Origin: Myxococcota bacterium | GTDB taxonomy: Bacteria; Myxococcota_A; UBA796; GCA-2862545 | Length of the DNA: 25,968 nucleotides | Assembly (NCBI GenBank): GCA_039208735.1 | Contig: JBCCQY010000132.1 | Coordinates: 1 to 25,968, forward strand | Direction of reading: 5' to 3' | Shown here: one piece after another, positions 1 to 8,430 of the stretch | Position numbering within the stretch: the stretch's first letter is position 1 | How the letters are laid out: each line of letters starts with the position of its first letter | Position numbers and translations under genes: made by a program | The notes under the pieces: generated by a model | Seen by the model: the letters and a program-made list of their open reading frames with translations, nothing else | Told to the model about the DNA's origin: nothing | Databases searched by the model: none

Positions 1-154
1 AACCGGGTGGTCCTCTCGCCAGCGGATTGACGACCATTGGGGGTGACGAAGGTCGACGACAGTCGTCACGCTGCCTGTGGGGAGGGAACGGGAAAACCTC
101 TATTTTTCTTGGCACCACGTCTGCACAAGGAGGCGACTCGTTTGCGAGGTCCCC

Positions 155-1507
155 ATGCCAGACCAGTCCACCCGCACCGATCGAGGGCGCCCCTTCCTAG
201 GCTCCCCTTCGCGTCAATCCCACGCCTCTACCCAAGGCCTGCTTGGTATTGGCAACCTGGCCCGCCTTGACTTGCTCGGGCTCAACGGGTCCACAGACTC
301 ACCCGAAGGGGCATCCACGCTCGACGGCGTCACGACGCTCCCTGCGAACGCCACTCCCCACATGGCAGCTCACGAGGAGGTCCATCGCGAGCAATACGCC
401 AATTGGGAGCGAGGAGTGCCCGCCGCCTCGGTCTCCGACCTCGAGAACGAGGCCAACCAAGGCGCCAGTGCGCGACTGGAGGGCGAGCCCTTCCGCGCCA
501 AACTGGGAGTTCCCAAAGGCCAGCCGCTGGCCTACTCCCCCGAGGACGAAACCGAACGGCGCCCCATTCGTTCCTCGGCCGCCTTAATCCAGTCCTACAA
601 CCATCTTTACCAACGCTTAGACCTTCTCGGAGATGCATTTCGACGGACTGCCGGAGAATGGGTCGCGCTGTACCGAAACGTGGGCACCGACTACGAGGCA
701 GCCCTGAGCCATCACCGTGATGTGGTGGAACAAGTCCGTGCCGAAGCCGAAACACGAGAAGCCGTTCTCCAATGGATCTATGACAACGTCTGCGTCGGCC
801 TCATCGCCTATGCAGCGAACCTCGCCGTAGCGTCTGCCACCACCAATGCCCGCACCGATGGATTCCTGAAGACGCTGGAAGACGTGGCCCAGAAGGTGGC
901 TTCCGAGATGAACGTTCCTTCCGCAGGCTCCTTCGGCGACATCGGACAGGGACCGCTCGCCTTTCAGAACGCGCTCCTCAACAAAGCCGACACGACTCAT
1001 CGCCGCATGGATGCACACATTTCCGAGTTGAAGTATCGGTTGAGCGAAGAACAGCAACGTGCCTTTGACGAGGCGCGAACGGGCTGGGATCCCCTCATGG
1101 CCGAGGTTGAGAAGTTCCGAAAACTCGAAACCTGGGTCGACACCTTCGAGTCCGGACTGAAGCGAACGGGCTACGGCATCGGCCCTCTCTCCGTCGACCA
1201 TGTCGCGTTGAGGAAAGAGCTGCGAAGAAGCATCTGGGCCAGGTGGATCCCGGACCATCTTCATGTGCGAGACGTTCGTAACCAGACGGGTCCTCCGACC
1301 ATGTCGGGCGAAATGGTCCAACAACGACGAACGGATGAGCGATACCTTTGGACGGGTGCCGCGCTGATGACAGAATTTAAGGAACTCGGAATCCTCGACG
1401 CCATCGACTACCCCTCGCGCTTCTCTTTCCTTTCGAAGGTCGCTCCTTCATTGGTGAAGTGGGCCCGCGCTTATCAACCCAAGGTCATGGTCGCAGCCAC
1501 ACCTTGA
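155..1507 (+). CDS. Hypothetical protein with a DUF4157 (eCIS core)-like HExxH segment and a helical C-terminal region
   Basis: ATG at 155 follows GAGGT. The motifs 'GNLARLDLLG' and 'MAAHEEVHREQY...LENEANQGA' resemble the DUF4157 pattern GN.A..RLL / LAHE..H..QQ...E.EA. The ORF looks real; the domain call is tentative. Confidence 0.6.
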   Translation: MPDQSTRTDRGRPFLGSPSRQSHASTQGLLGIGNLARLDLLGLNGSTDSPEGASTLDGVTTLPANATPHMAAHEEVHREQYANWERGVPAASVSDLENEANQGASARLEGEPFRAKLGVPKGQPLAYSPEDETERRPIRSSAALIQSYNHLYQRLDLLGDAFRRTAGEWVALYRNVGTDYEAALSHHRDVVEQVRAEAETREAVLQWIYDNVCVGLIAYAANLAVASATTNARTDGFLKTLEDVAQKVASEMNVPSAGSFGDIGQGPLAFQNALLNKADTTHRRMDAHISELKYRLSEEQQRAFDEARTGWDPLMAEVEKFRKLETWVDTFESGLKRTGYGIGPLSVDHVALRKELRRSIWARWIPDHLHVRDVRNQTGPPTMSGEMVQQRRTDERYLWTGAALMTEFKELGILDAIDYPSRFSFLSKVAPSLVKWARAYQPKVMVAATP

Positions 1508-1521
1508 TCGACGAATGGAGC

Positions 1522-2100
1522 ATGAACGTGGACTGGCGAATTGCGGCAGCCGCAGGATGGCTGGTGGGCCTGCTTATGGGTGCCGTCACCTTGGTCCTAT
1601 CGGCTGCTGAGGACGTTCCCTGCGAAGCGCGGGTGGCGAAGCTCACGGCAGACCTCCGCGAACTGGGCGGGGTTCCGATTCCCTGGCCAAAGGCCGACCA
1701 TGGACCCTTCGCACCCCACGCGCTCCGTGCGTGGTTAGATGCCTCACCCACGCTCTTTGAGGGCTTTGCCACCGTCGAGGGCCTGTACTGTGAGGAATAC
1801 CCGTGCCTGCTGGCGCTGCTCTACCACCCTGAGGTCGGGTTCGACGACAACGTCTTGGACGCTGTGTTCGAGGAACTAACGGAACACACGTCAGGGCAAC
1901 TCATCCTTCAATCCGATACCTACAACGGCCCTCGCGGAACCATCGCCATTCTGCCGGTCATCCCCTACGAGACCATTTCCGATGTCGGACTGTTCGCACG
2001 AATCAAGGTCCGTGGAACCAAGCTGTTGAACCGCAAACCCCCGTCAGGAAAGGCGATCGGTGACGAGGGCCTGAAGCCCCCGCGCGAGGCCTCCCCGTGA
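1522..2100 (+). CDS. Hypothetical protein with N-terminal membrane anchor or signal
   Basis: Starts 14 nt after the previous stop (ATG 1522 or GTG 1528 after GGAG). Hydrophobic N-terminus (IAAAAGWLVGLLMGAVTLVL) and a CEEYPC motif. Confidence 0.65.
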   Translation: MNVDWRIAAAAGWLVGLLMGAVTLVLSAAEDVPCEARVAKLTADLRELGGVPIPWPKADHGPFAPHALRAWLDASPTLFEGFATVEGLYCEEYPCLLALLYHPEVGFDDNVLDAVFEELTEHTSGQLILQSDTYNGPRGTIAILPVIPYETISDVGLFARIKVRGTKLLNRKPPSGKAIGDEGLKPPREASP

Positions 2101-2283
2101 AATGGGAGATTGCAGCCTTTCCTCCGATGGTGTTTCCCCGAAGCTCCTCCAACCGGTACTCCATCAGCGCCCATCATCGATCGCCCACGCGCGTCATGCA
2201 GACCTCGACAACTTCCAGGCAACCCAAGTACGATCGGCGATATCACTAGACGACGCCGCACCGTAAACAGTACAAGAGCCACC

Positions 2284-3681
2284 ATGCGACATCTTTGGTT
2301 GGTTGGTCCCGCGTCGGTCCTATTCCTCACGAGTTGTTCAGAGTTTAAAGTTCGAATCGCCGACCCGCGCCTTGCCCTCTCTGAGGAGGAGTATCGCTGG
2401 GACGGCATTGTGGCGGGTACCACCGAGGTTCGAACGATCACAGTAGCCAACCGGGGCCTCGCAGCTCTCGTCATCGACCCCGTTCCGAACGAGGCACACA
2501 TCGCCTTCGACCCGTTCCCCTACGAGACGTTGGTCCTCGAGCCAGCCGAGGAACGAACCTTGCCCGTGGCGTTCAGCCCTGAATTGCCGGAGCGGTACAC
2601 GGGTCAAATTGACCTCGTGACCAACGACCCCGACCGGCCCACCGTGACTCTGCCGCTCGAAGGAACCGCGATAGAGCCCCGGATCCGCGTAGAGCCCGAT
2701 ACCGTCGCCTTCGGTTGGGTACGACCCAATGGTTTGGTCAGTCGTACGATTCGCATCGAGGCCCGTGGCTCGGGAAGGCTCGAGATTGTCGACTTCGTGT
2801 TCGAGGATCCGGTCGTTGAACGGGCCTTCGGGCTGGGGCTGCCCCAGAGCGTTCCCATCGAGCTCGATGCGGGTCAAGACCTTTCCTTGGCCGTACTGTT
2901 TCGACCTCCCGACCGTCAGCGCTACGACGGTCGCCTCGAAGTCATCAGCAACGCTGTGAATCCGAGCGATGGGTTGGTCCGACTTCTGGGCAACAGCGAC
3001 ACCGACCCACAAGTCAATGCCGCACCCCAAGTCGAAATCCTGGCCCCCAAGGACGGTCTGCTGGTCCTGCCCGGACAAGCCCTGCAAGTTGTGGCCGCGG
3101 TCTTTGATGAGGAAGATGACCCCGTCGCCCTCACCACCCAATTGGGCGTCGACGGTGTGGTGCAGGGGTCGGTAGGTCCAGATGCCGAGGGATTGGTGCA
3201 GTTCGAAGCCATGGCCGCCCTCCTAGGGTCGACGGAACTCGAGGTCACCGTCGTCGACTCGGAAGGTGCGATGGGATCCGACACCGTCACGGTTGATGTG
3301 CTGGATCCCGATGAACGCTTGAACTATGTCCTTTCGGGAGGAATCGATCCGACCACCCCGTTTACCGTCGACGACGATCTACGCATCGAAGTCGACGGGG
3401 TGATGGTGTTCGAAGATCGCAACACCATCATCGATACGCACGCCCCCGTCACCTTCGAGGCGTCCCCTTCCTCGGAGATTCGCATCGTGGCGACGGATCA
3501 ACAATTCTGCGAAGCCTCGATGGATGGGTTGGTTCTTCACTCCGCTCTGGGTGGAACGCAAGCCCTCAATGCCCCTATCTGTCGGAGCGCCTGTCCCGAT
3601 ACCCCGTGCTACGACCCGAACTATGATGGCCCCTGGCCTTCCGATTTCCTGGACGAAACCTACGCCATCTCAATTCCGTAA
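2284..3681 (+). CDS. Lipoprotein with two choice-of-anchor D/ASH-type Ig-like domains, a further Ig domain and a Cys-containing C-terminal domain
   Basis: Lipobox MRHLWLVGPASVLFLTSC. Two repeats of '..F/W G.V....RTI.I.N/A.G...L.I....F.P...Y.G.L...N'. 'NAAPQVEILAP.DG' is a typical Ig-domain start. Confidence 0.8.
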   Translation: MRHLWLVGPASVLFLTSCSEFKVRIADPRLALSEEEYRWDGIVAGTTEVRTITVANRGLAALVIDPVPNEAHIAFDPFPYETLVLEPAEERTLPVAFSPELPERYTGQIDLVTNDPDRPTVTLPLEGTAIEPRIRVEPDTVAFGWVRPNGLVSRTIRIEARGSGRLEIVDFVFEDPVVERAFGLGLPQSVPIELDAGQDLSLAVLFRPPDRQRYDGRLEVISNAVNPSDGLVRLLGNSDTDPQVNAAPQVEILAPKDGLLVLPGQALQVVAAVFDEEDDPVALTTQLGVDGVVQGSVGPDAEGLVQFEAMAALLGSTELEVTVVDSEGAMGSDTVTVDVLDPDERLNYVLSGGIDPTTPFTVDDDLRIEVDGVMVFEDRNTIIDTHAPVTFEASPSSEIRIVATDQQFCEASMDGLVLHSALGGTQALNAPICRSACPDTPCYDPNYDGPWPSDFLDETYAISIP

Positions 3682-3695
3682 GACCCTTACGATCC

Positions 3696-4331
3696 CTACC
3701 GGGGTGTTTTGTCCGCCGTTCCGATTCGAAGACTCGCACCCAGTCGCACGCCTTCTTCACCCACGCGCAACGAACCACCGAGCGTCGTTCGAGCTCCCAG
3801 TCGAGCGCGATGCTCGAGGCCAATGGCGGGCTCGAGGCCAATCACCGACAGACGCGTTCGGTGGTCATCCGACCATTGCGCGGCCACACCAACCTCAGGG
3901 GCAGCCCGCAGCGTCGTCAGCATGAACCAGCTGGACCACACCGGAGCGCTGGCGTCAAAGCGCACGGTTCGGGTGCCGCCTTCCGCAGCGAAGCCCGCCA
4001 TGCCATCGATCACCCGGCCGGTGGTGGTGCCCACGCCCCAGACCGCTACTCCGAAGGGTGCGGTATCGATGAACCGAACCCGGCCCCGAATTTGGGCATT
4101 TCGGGTTCCACAGTCCGGGCACAGCGCGACCGAGGACCCCGCGTTGACCCCCGCCTCAACCCAGGCCCAGCGCGTGGGTGCGACGGCTACGCCCACATTC
4201 CCCCCAGCCGCCAGGCCATCACCCAATCCCAAGGTTCCTCCAAGCTCGACCTGGGCCGAAGGAACCACTCGGTGGGCCGACGGGGAGGGACCAATGGCCC
4301 AAGGGGCCACCGCAAGCCAAACCGGGCTCAT
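3696..4331 (-). CDS. Hypothetical exported, possibly outer-membrane beta-barrel protein
   Basis: ATGA overlap with the upstream hydrolase stop (4328-4331). Gly-rich alternating amphipathic strands and one CPDC motif. Confidence 0.65.
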   Translation of the reverse strand: MSPVWLAVAPWAIGPSPSAHRVVPSAQVELGGTLGLGDGLAAGGNVGVAVAPTRWAWVEAGVNAGSSVALCPDCGTRNAQIRGRVRFIDTAPFGVAVWGVGTTTGRVIDGMAGFAAEGGTRTVRFDASAPVWSSWFMLTTLRAAPEVGVAAQWSDDHRTRLSVIGLEPAIGLEHRARLGARTTLGGSLRVGEEGVRLGASLRIGTADKTPR

Positions 4332-5557
4332 GGCTGTGCCTCCCCGATGGCGTACAAACGCTGTTGCAACGCGATGGTGGCCTCACGGGTCCGATGTCCA
4401 AGCCCACCGTCGGACACGTTGCCCAACAACGTGACGCCCACGCCAGTGGCCGGATCGAAGAACATCTCCGAGGTCACCCCTTCATCATCACCGTCGTGGC
4501 CAACGATGAACCGATCCTCGAGGTTCATGCCGAACCACAGCAGATTCTGTTGTGGGATGATGCCTCGGATGTACCAATCATCAAGGCCCTCGATGAGGGG
4601 GCTCGTCAAGCTCCCCACGGCGTCTTGTGGGACGATGCGAACCCCGTCGACCTCGCCGTCACCCAACGCTACCCGAAGCACCGACCCCAAATCGCCTGCG
4701 GTGGACCGAAGCTGACCGTCGGGCCACGTTGGGTACCCATAGTGTTCGAGCACCTTCCAGCCATCCGACTCCGCAACATGGGGACGAGCAATCGCGTCCA
4801 AATCCTCGAAGTCGGTCAGGAACCAACCCGTGTGCGCCATGGCTAACGGCTCAAAGATGCGCGTTTCACAGTACGCATCGAACGGCACCGCGGTGGCCTG
4901 CTGGACGGCATACGCTGCGAGCGCCACCCCGACGTTGCTGTAGAGCCACTCCCGACCCGGAGGCCAGCCGTAGAAGTTGCCCCGACGATGGAAGTGGGGG
5001 CCATCCGGGGTGAGGTAGCGCTCGAGGAAAGTGCCCAGAGGTTCTTCAGGGTCGCCCGGTGCATAGCTATCGTCGAGCACTTGAGTCCAATTGTCTTGGA
5101 TGCCCGATGAATGGGTCAGCAGGTGGGACAGGCGGATGGGCTCATCGATGTCGAGCCGATGATTTCGAACGGAAAACCCGACATGTTCGCTGACGGGGTC
5201 GTCTCTGTCCAACGCCCCTTCCGACTCCGCGATCAAGACCGCGAGTGCATCGACCGCCTTGCTGGTCGAGGCCACCATGAACGGGGTTTCCACTGTGACA
5301 GGCTGTGGATCGTCAAGGTTCGTGAACCCCCAGGCCGCCACGAGAATGGGCCCCTCGGCATTGACGACGGACGCAGAAAGCGCAGGGATGCAGCCGCGGC
5401 GCATCGCATCCGCCACCTCCTGGTCGAAGGCCTCGGTGTCGAAGCCCTCAGGAGCAACGGCCCAGTCTGAGGGAATCGAATCGGGCAGCCCCGGGCATGC
5501 GGGCTCGTCCGACAACGAGCACCCAATGAGGCTCATGAGAGCCAACCATCTGTGCAC
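4328..5557 (-). CDS. Serine hydrolase lipoprotein (beta-lactamase class C/AmpC-like family)
   Basis: SxxK (ASTSK), LLTHSSG, YxN (YSN) and HxG (HDG) motifs. GTG at 5557 follows GAGGAGG. Lipobox LMSLIGC. Confidence 0.9.
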   Translation of the reverse strand: MHRWLALMSLIGCSLSDEPACPGLPDSIPSDWAVAPEGFDTEAFDQEVADAMRRGCIPALSASVVNAEGPILVAAWGFTNLDDPQPVTVETPFMVASTSKAVDALAVLIAESEGALDRDDPVSEHVGFSVRNHRLDIDEPIRLSHLLTHSSGIQDNWTQVLDDSYAPGDPEEPLGTFLERYLTPDGPHFHRRGNFYGWPPGREWLYSNVGVALAAYAVQQATAVPFDAYCETRIFEPLAMAHTGWFLTDFEDLDAIARPHVAESDGWKVLEHYGYPTWPDGQLRSTAGDLGSVLRVALGDGEVDGVRIVPQDAVGSLTSPLIEGLDDWYIRGIIPQQNLLWFGMNLEDRFIVGHDGDDEGVTSEMFFDPATGVGVTLLGNVSDGGLGHRTREATIALQQRLYAIGEAQP

Positions 5558-5815
5558 AGCACCTCCTCTTTGTCCCTGGGACACCAACGACGCGAGCAGG
5601 TGGCACCGCACAACGTTCGGCCGATTAAGTCCGATTATTTGGAGGTAAATACTTGGGTTGCGTACAGCATGGGTGTCTCGCGATGGCAGCGGAAGGGCAA
5701 CATGCAAAGCAACATCACTTCTCCTTCGTTTGGTTCGATTGGTTCGCTGTTCAGGAACACCCCTGGCGCAGACCCGGAATGGAACGCTCAACAACCTCCT
5801 GCCCGACGGTGGGCG

Positions 5816-7141
5816 ATGCTCGAGACGCTTCAGGCCAAAGTGCGGTCGATTGCGAACCTGCGGCATCTGCCCGCGATGGCCCGAGACCCCCTCGCGTTCT
5901 TCACCACGCTGGCTCGGGCCCGGGGCCCCATCGCGTCCTTCGACTTCGCGTTGGGACGGCAATGGCTCATCAGCAGCCCCCAAGCGATCCGAAAGGTCTT
6001 CGTCGAACACCACGACGACCTCGGCAAGGATGCGGCCACGATGAGCCTCAAGCCGCTGTTCGGCAACGGACTCCTGACCAGCGCGGGAGAAGACTGGAAG
6101 CGGCAGCGACGTTTCCACAAGCCTCTGTTTCAGGCCCGACACATCCAGCACTACGGTGAACGCATGGTCGCCGCGGCGGCCGATGAAGAAGTTCGTCCGG
6201 GCGTCACCAACGTGCAGCCCATGATGGACCGCATCGCACGACGCATCATTCTCGAGGCGATGTTTGGTACGGCCGACGAAGCCGCTCTAGACATCGCGGA
6301 CGCCGTCGAAACCTACGTAAAGGAACATGAGCGGGAGTTCATGTCGTTGGCTAGGTTCTTGCCGAGTTTCGTGCCGACCCGAGCCCGTCGACAGGCCCAG
6401 CAGAGCCGGCGTCGTATCGAGGACCGACTCGTGAAGATGGTGGCCGAGCGCCGGCGTCAGCCCGGGCAAGACCTCGACATGTTGGCGCGCCTGGTCTTGG
6501 CCCAGGACGCGGAGGGCCGCCCCCTAAGCGATGAGGAGCTGCGAGATGCGGTGGCCACGCTGTACTTCGGGGGAACTGAAACCTCATCCAATGCACTGTC
6601 CTTTGCCATCTGGCTGCTGTCGCACCATCCCGACATCCAAGATGCACTGGACGACGAGCGGCAGACGGTCCTCGGCGGACGCCGGGCCACGGTGAAGGAC
6701 GTGAAGGCTTTGGTCCGACATGCCGCAGTCCTCGATGAGGCCATGCGGCTGTTTCCGCCTGTATGGGCCCTGGGCCGCCGCGCGTTGCGGTCGTTCGAGG
6801 TCGATGGCCATCGGATCGAGGCTGGCGACCAGCTCAACGCCTCGGCCTGGGTCGTGCATCGCGACGCGAAGTGGTTCGAAAACCCAGAGGCGTTTCAGCC
6901 CGAGCGGTTTTGGTCGACCGACAAGTCAAGCCGACCCGCCATGTCGTTCCTGCCGTTTGGTGCAGGCCAGCGAACATGCATTGGAACCCATTTCGCACGG
7001 ATGGAAACGGTACTCGTGCTCGCCACGTGGCTCGAGGGACGTCGCGTTCATGCCGTGGCCGACCGACCGCTCCGTCCCCTGCCCCGGGTCACGCTCCGCC
7101 CTGCCGATGGCGCCTGGGTCAACATCGAGGTGCGGCCATGA
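5816..7141 (+). CDS. Cytochrome P450
   Basis: I-helix GGTETSS, ExxR (EAMR), PERF and heme-ligand FLPFGAGQRTCIG motifs. The start is uncertain (5816 or 5702). Confidence 0.95.
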   Translation: MLETLQAKVRSIANLRHLPAMARDPLAFFTTLARARGPIASFDFALGRQWLISSPQAIRKVFVEHHDDLGKDAATMSLKPLFGNGLLTSAGEDWKRQRRFHKPLFQARHIQHYGERMVAAAADEEVRPGVTNVQPMMDRIARRIILEAMFGTADEAALDIADAVETYVKEHEREFMSLARFLPSFVPTRARRQAQQSRRRIEDRLVKMVAERRRQPGQDLDMLARLVLAQDAEGRPLSDEELRDAVATLYFGGTETSSNALSFAIWLLSHHPDIQDALDDERQTVLGGRRATVKDVKALVRHAAVLDEAMRLFPPVWALGRRALRSFEVDGHRIEAGDQLNASAWVVHRDAKWFENPEAFQPERFWSTDKSSRPAMSFLPFGAGQRTCIGTHFARMETVLVLATWLEGRRVHAVADRPLRPLPRVTLRPADGAWVNIEVRP

Positions 7142-8328
7142 GTCGCCCCCCATGGCGCCTTCCGGTGGCGCTCGACGTGCTCGACCGGGTGGCCACGAAC
7201 CTGGGGGGGCGACACGCGGTCTCCCTCGAGCCCGGCTCTCTCCTCCAAGCCGCCGCTCGGATCGAACGGTGGGACGACTTTGGCGACGACGGGTTTCGGG
7301 AGCCCCTCCACAACCTCGTCCAATCCCTCCAACACGACGCAGATCTCCATGTGCTCGGGCGGTTTCATCTTCGAAGCGTCATCGTGCGGGCCTTACGGAC
7401 GCGATTGCGACTGACGCGGTACCTGTTCGAAAGCTCCGGACGGGAGGAAGGTCCTCGGCACTCGCCCATCATCGTGTGCGGCCTTCCGCGGACCGGAACC
7501 ACCATGCTCCACCGGTTGCTTGCGGCGCTGCCTGGCCTAAGGGGACTGCCCCTCTGGGAACTCGTGGAGCCTCTGCCCCCCAAAGGCGAGGATCGACGGC
7601 TCGCGCAGGCTCGAAAGCGCACGAGACGCATGCAGTGGCTCTCTGGGAACCGCCTCGACGCCCAGCACCTCATGCGACCTGAACTGCCCGATGAGTGCGG
7701 CCACCTCTTCCGGCCCGCGTTTCTGTCCCCCGCCTACGCGGTGGCGCCAGCCCACAGCTACCTCACGTCCTACTACAACCACGACGCCCGTCCCGCCTAC
7801 CGGGAATACAGAACTTATCTGGGGATCCTATCGAACGAGGACCCGCGGCGTCTCGTGCTCAAAGACCCCTTCCATGCGCTCTTCCTCGATGCGCTGTTCG
7901 AGGCGATGCCGTACGCGATGGTGGTGCAGACGCACCGCCGGCCTCAGGAGGTCCTGCCGAGCTTCGTCAAGCTGTGCACGACGGCCCAGAGCCTCGTCAC
8001 CCGCCGTCTCGACATGATTCGTACCGCACAGACGCTCCACACGTGGCTTAGCGAAGTTGCTCGACGAAGCGTCGAACGCGCTGCACAGGGGCGTCATGAT
8101 GTCTTCGACATTGACTATCGCGCGCTGGTTGCCGACCCGGTGGAAGCTGTGGCCGCTCTTCATCACCACTTTGCGCTGCCGTTCGATGAGGCCTGGCGTA
8201 AGCCATTGCAGCAGATGGTCGACAAGAGCCGTGAGCGTCCGCCGAACCCCTACACGCTCAACGACTATGGCCTCGACGAAACGGGCATCCAGGCCACATT
8301 CTCGGGATACACCGGGCAGTTCTTGTGA
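7138..8328 (+). CDS. PAPS-dependent sulfotransferase (Sulfotransfer_3 / mycobacterial Stf-like)
   Basis: 5'-PSB loop GLPRTGTTML, 'PDEC', 'LVLKDPFH' and 3'-PB 'VQTHRRP.EVLPS' motifs. ATGA overlap with the P450 stop. Confidence 0.92.
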   Translation: MSRPPWRLPVALDVLDRVATNLGGRHAVSLEPGSLLQAAARIERWDDFGDDGFREPLHNLVQSLQHDADLHVLGRFHLRSVIVRALRTRLRLTRYLFESSGREEGPRHSPIIVCGLPRTGTTMLHRLLAALPGLRGLPLWELVEPLPPKGEDRRLAQARKRTRRMQWLSGNRLDAQHLMRPELPDECGHLFRPAFLSPAYAVAPAHSYLTSYYNHDARPAYREYRTYLGILSNEDPRRLVLKDPFHALFLDALFEAMPYAMVVQTHRRPQEVLPSFVKLCTTAQSLVTRRLDMIRTAQTLHTWLSEVARRSVERAAQGRHDVFDIDYRALVADPVEAVAALHHHFALPFDEAWRKPLQQMVDKSRERPPNPYTLNDYGLDETGIQATFSGYTGQFL

Positions 8329-8409
8329 GGATGAGCGGAGAGGGGAAACGCTGGTTTATCGAAAGGTAGAAGGAAGCACTTCCATAGCCGCTCACAAACT
8401 TCATCATCC
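8329..8409 (-). ncRNA. Candidate small structured RNA (Y-RNA-like stem with internal loop and pyrimidine-rich loop)
   Basis: Minus strand reads UGAGCGG-CUAU-GGAAGUGCU-[UCCUUCUACCUUUCGAUAAACC]-AGCGUUUCC-CCUCU-CCGCUCA (8394-8332). This gives a 7-bp stem plus a 9-bp stem with two G-U pairs that would be A-C mismatches on the + strand. No U-tract follows. Confidence 0.6.
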
Positions 8410-8429
8410 GGCAAGACGCAAGGCGCAAG
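8409..8429. repeat. 3 x 7-bp tandem repeat (NNGCAAG)
   Basis: CGGCAAG ACGCAAG GCGCAAG lies between the TerD-protein stop and the hairpin. Confidence 0.5.
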
Positions 8430-8430
8430 T

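Noticed and set aside
4328..5557. Calling the hydrolase a true ampC resistance gene
   Set aside because: The motifs are shared by esterases and peptidases of the family, and the third motif is HDG rather than KTG.
5684..5699. Sigma54-like TGGCA-N8-GC upstream of the P450
   Set aside because: The GG/GC spacing fits, but the -12 TTGC is GGGC, which is too weak in GC-rich DNA.
5558..6151. N-terminal extensions of the hydrolase (to 6151) and the P450 (from 5552) in the ORF track
   Set aside because: They overlap each other and look non-protein-like. A strong RBS and lipobox support a start at 5557, and P450-like sequence begins near 5816.
8332..8394. Reading the hairpin as a simple rho-independent terminator or a tRNA
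   Set aside because: It has a 22-nt loop, an internal loop and no U-tract on either side, and there is no cloverleaf or CCA. A secondary terminator role is not excluded.
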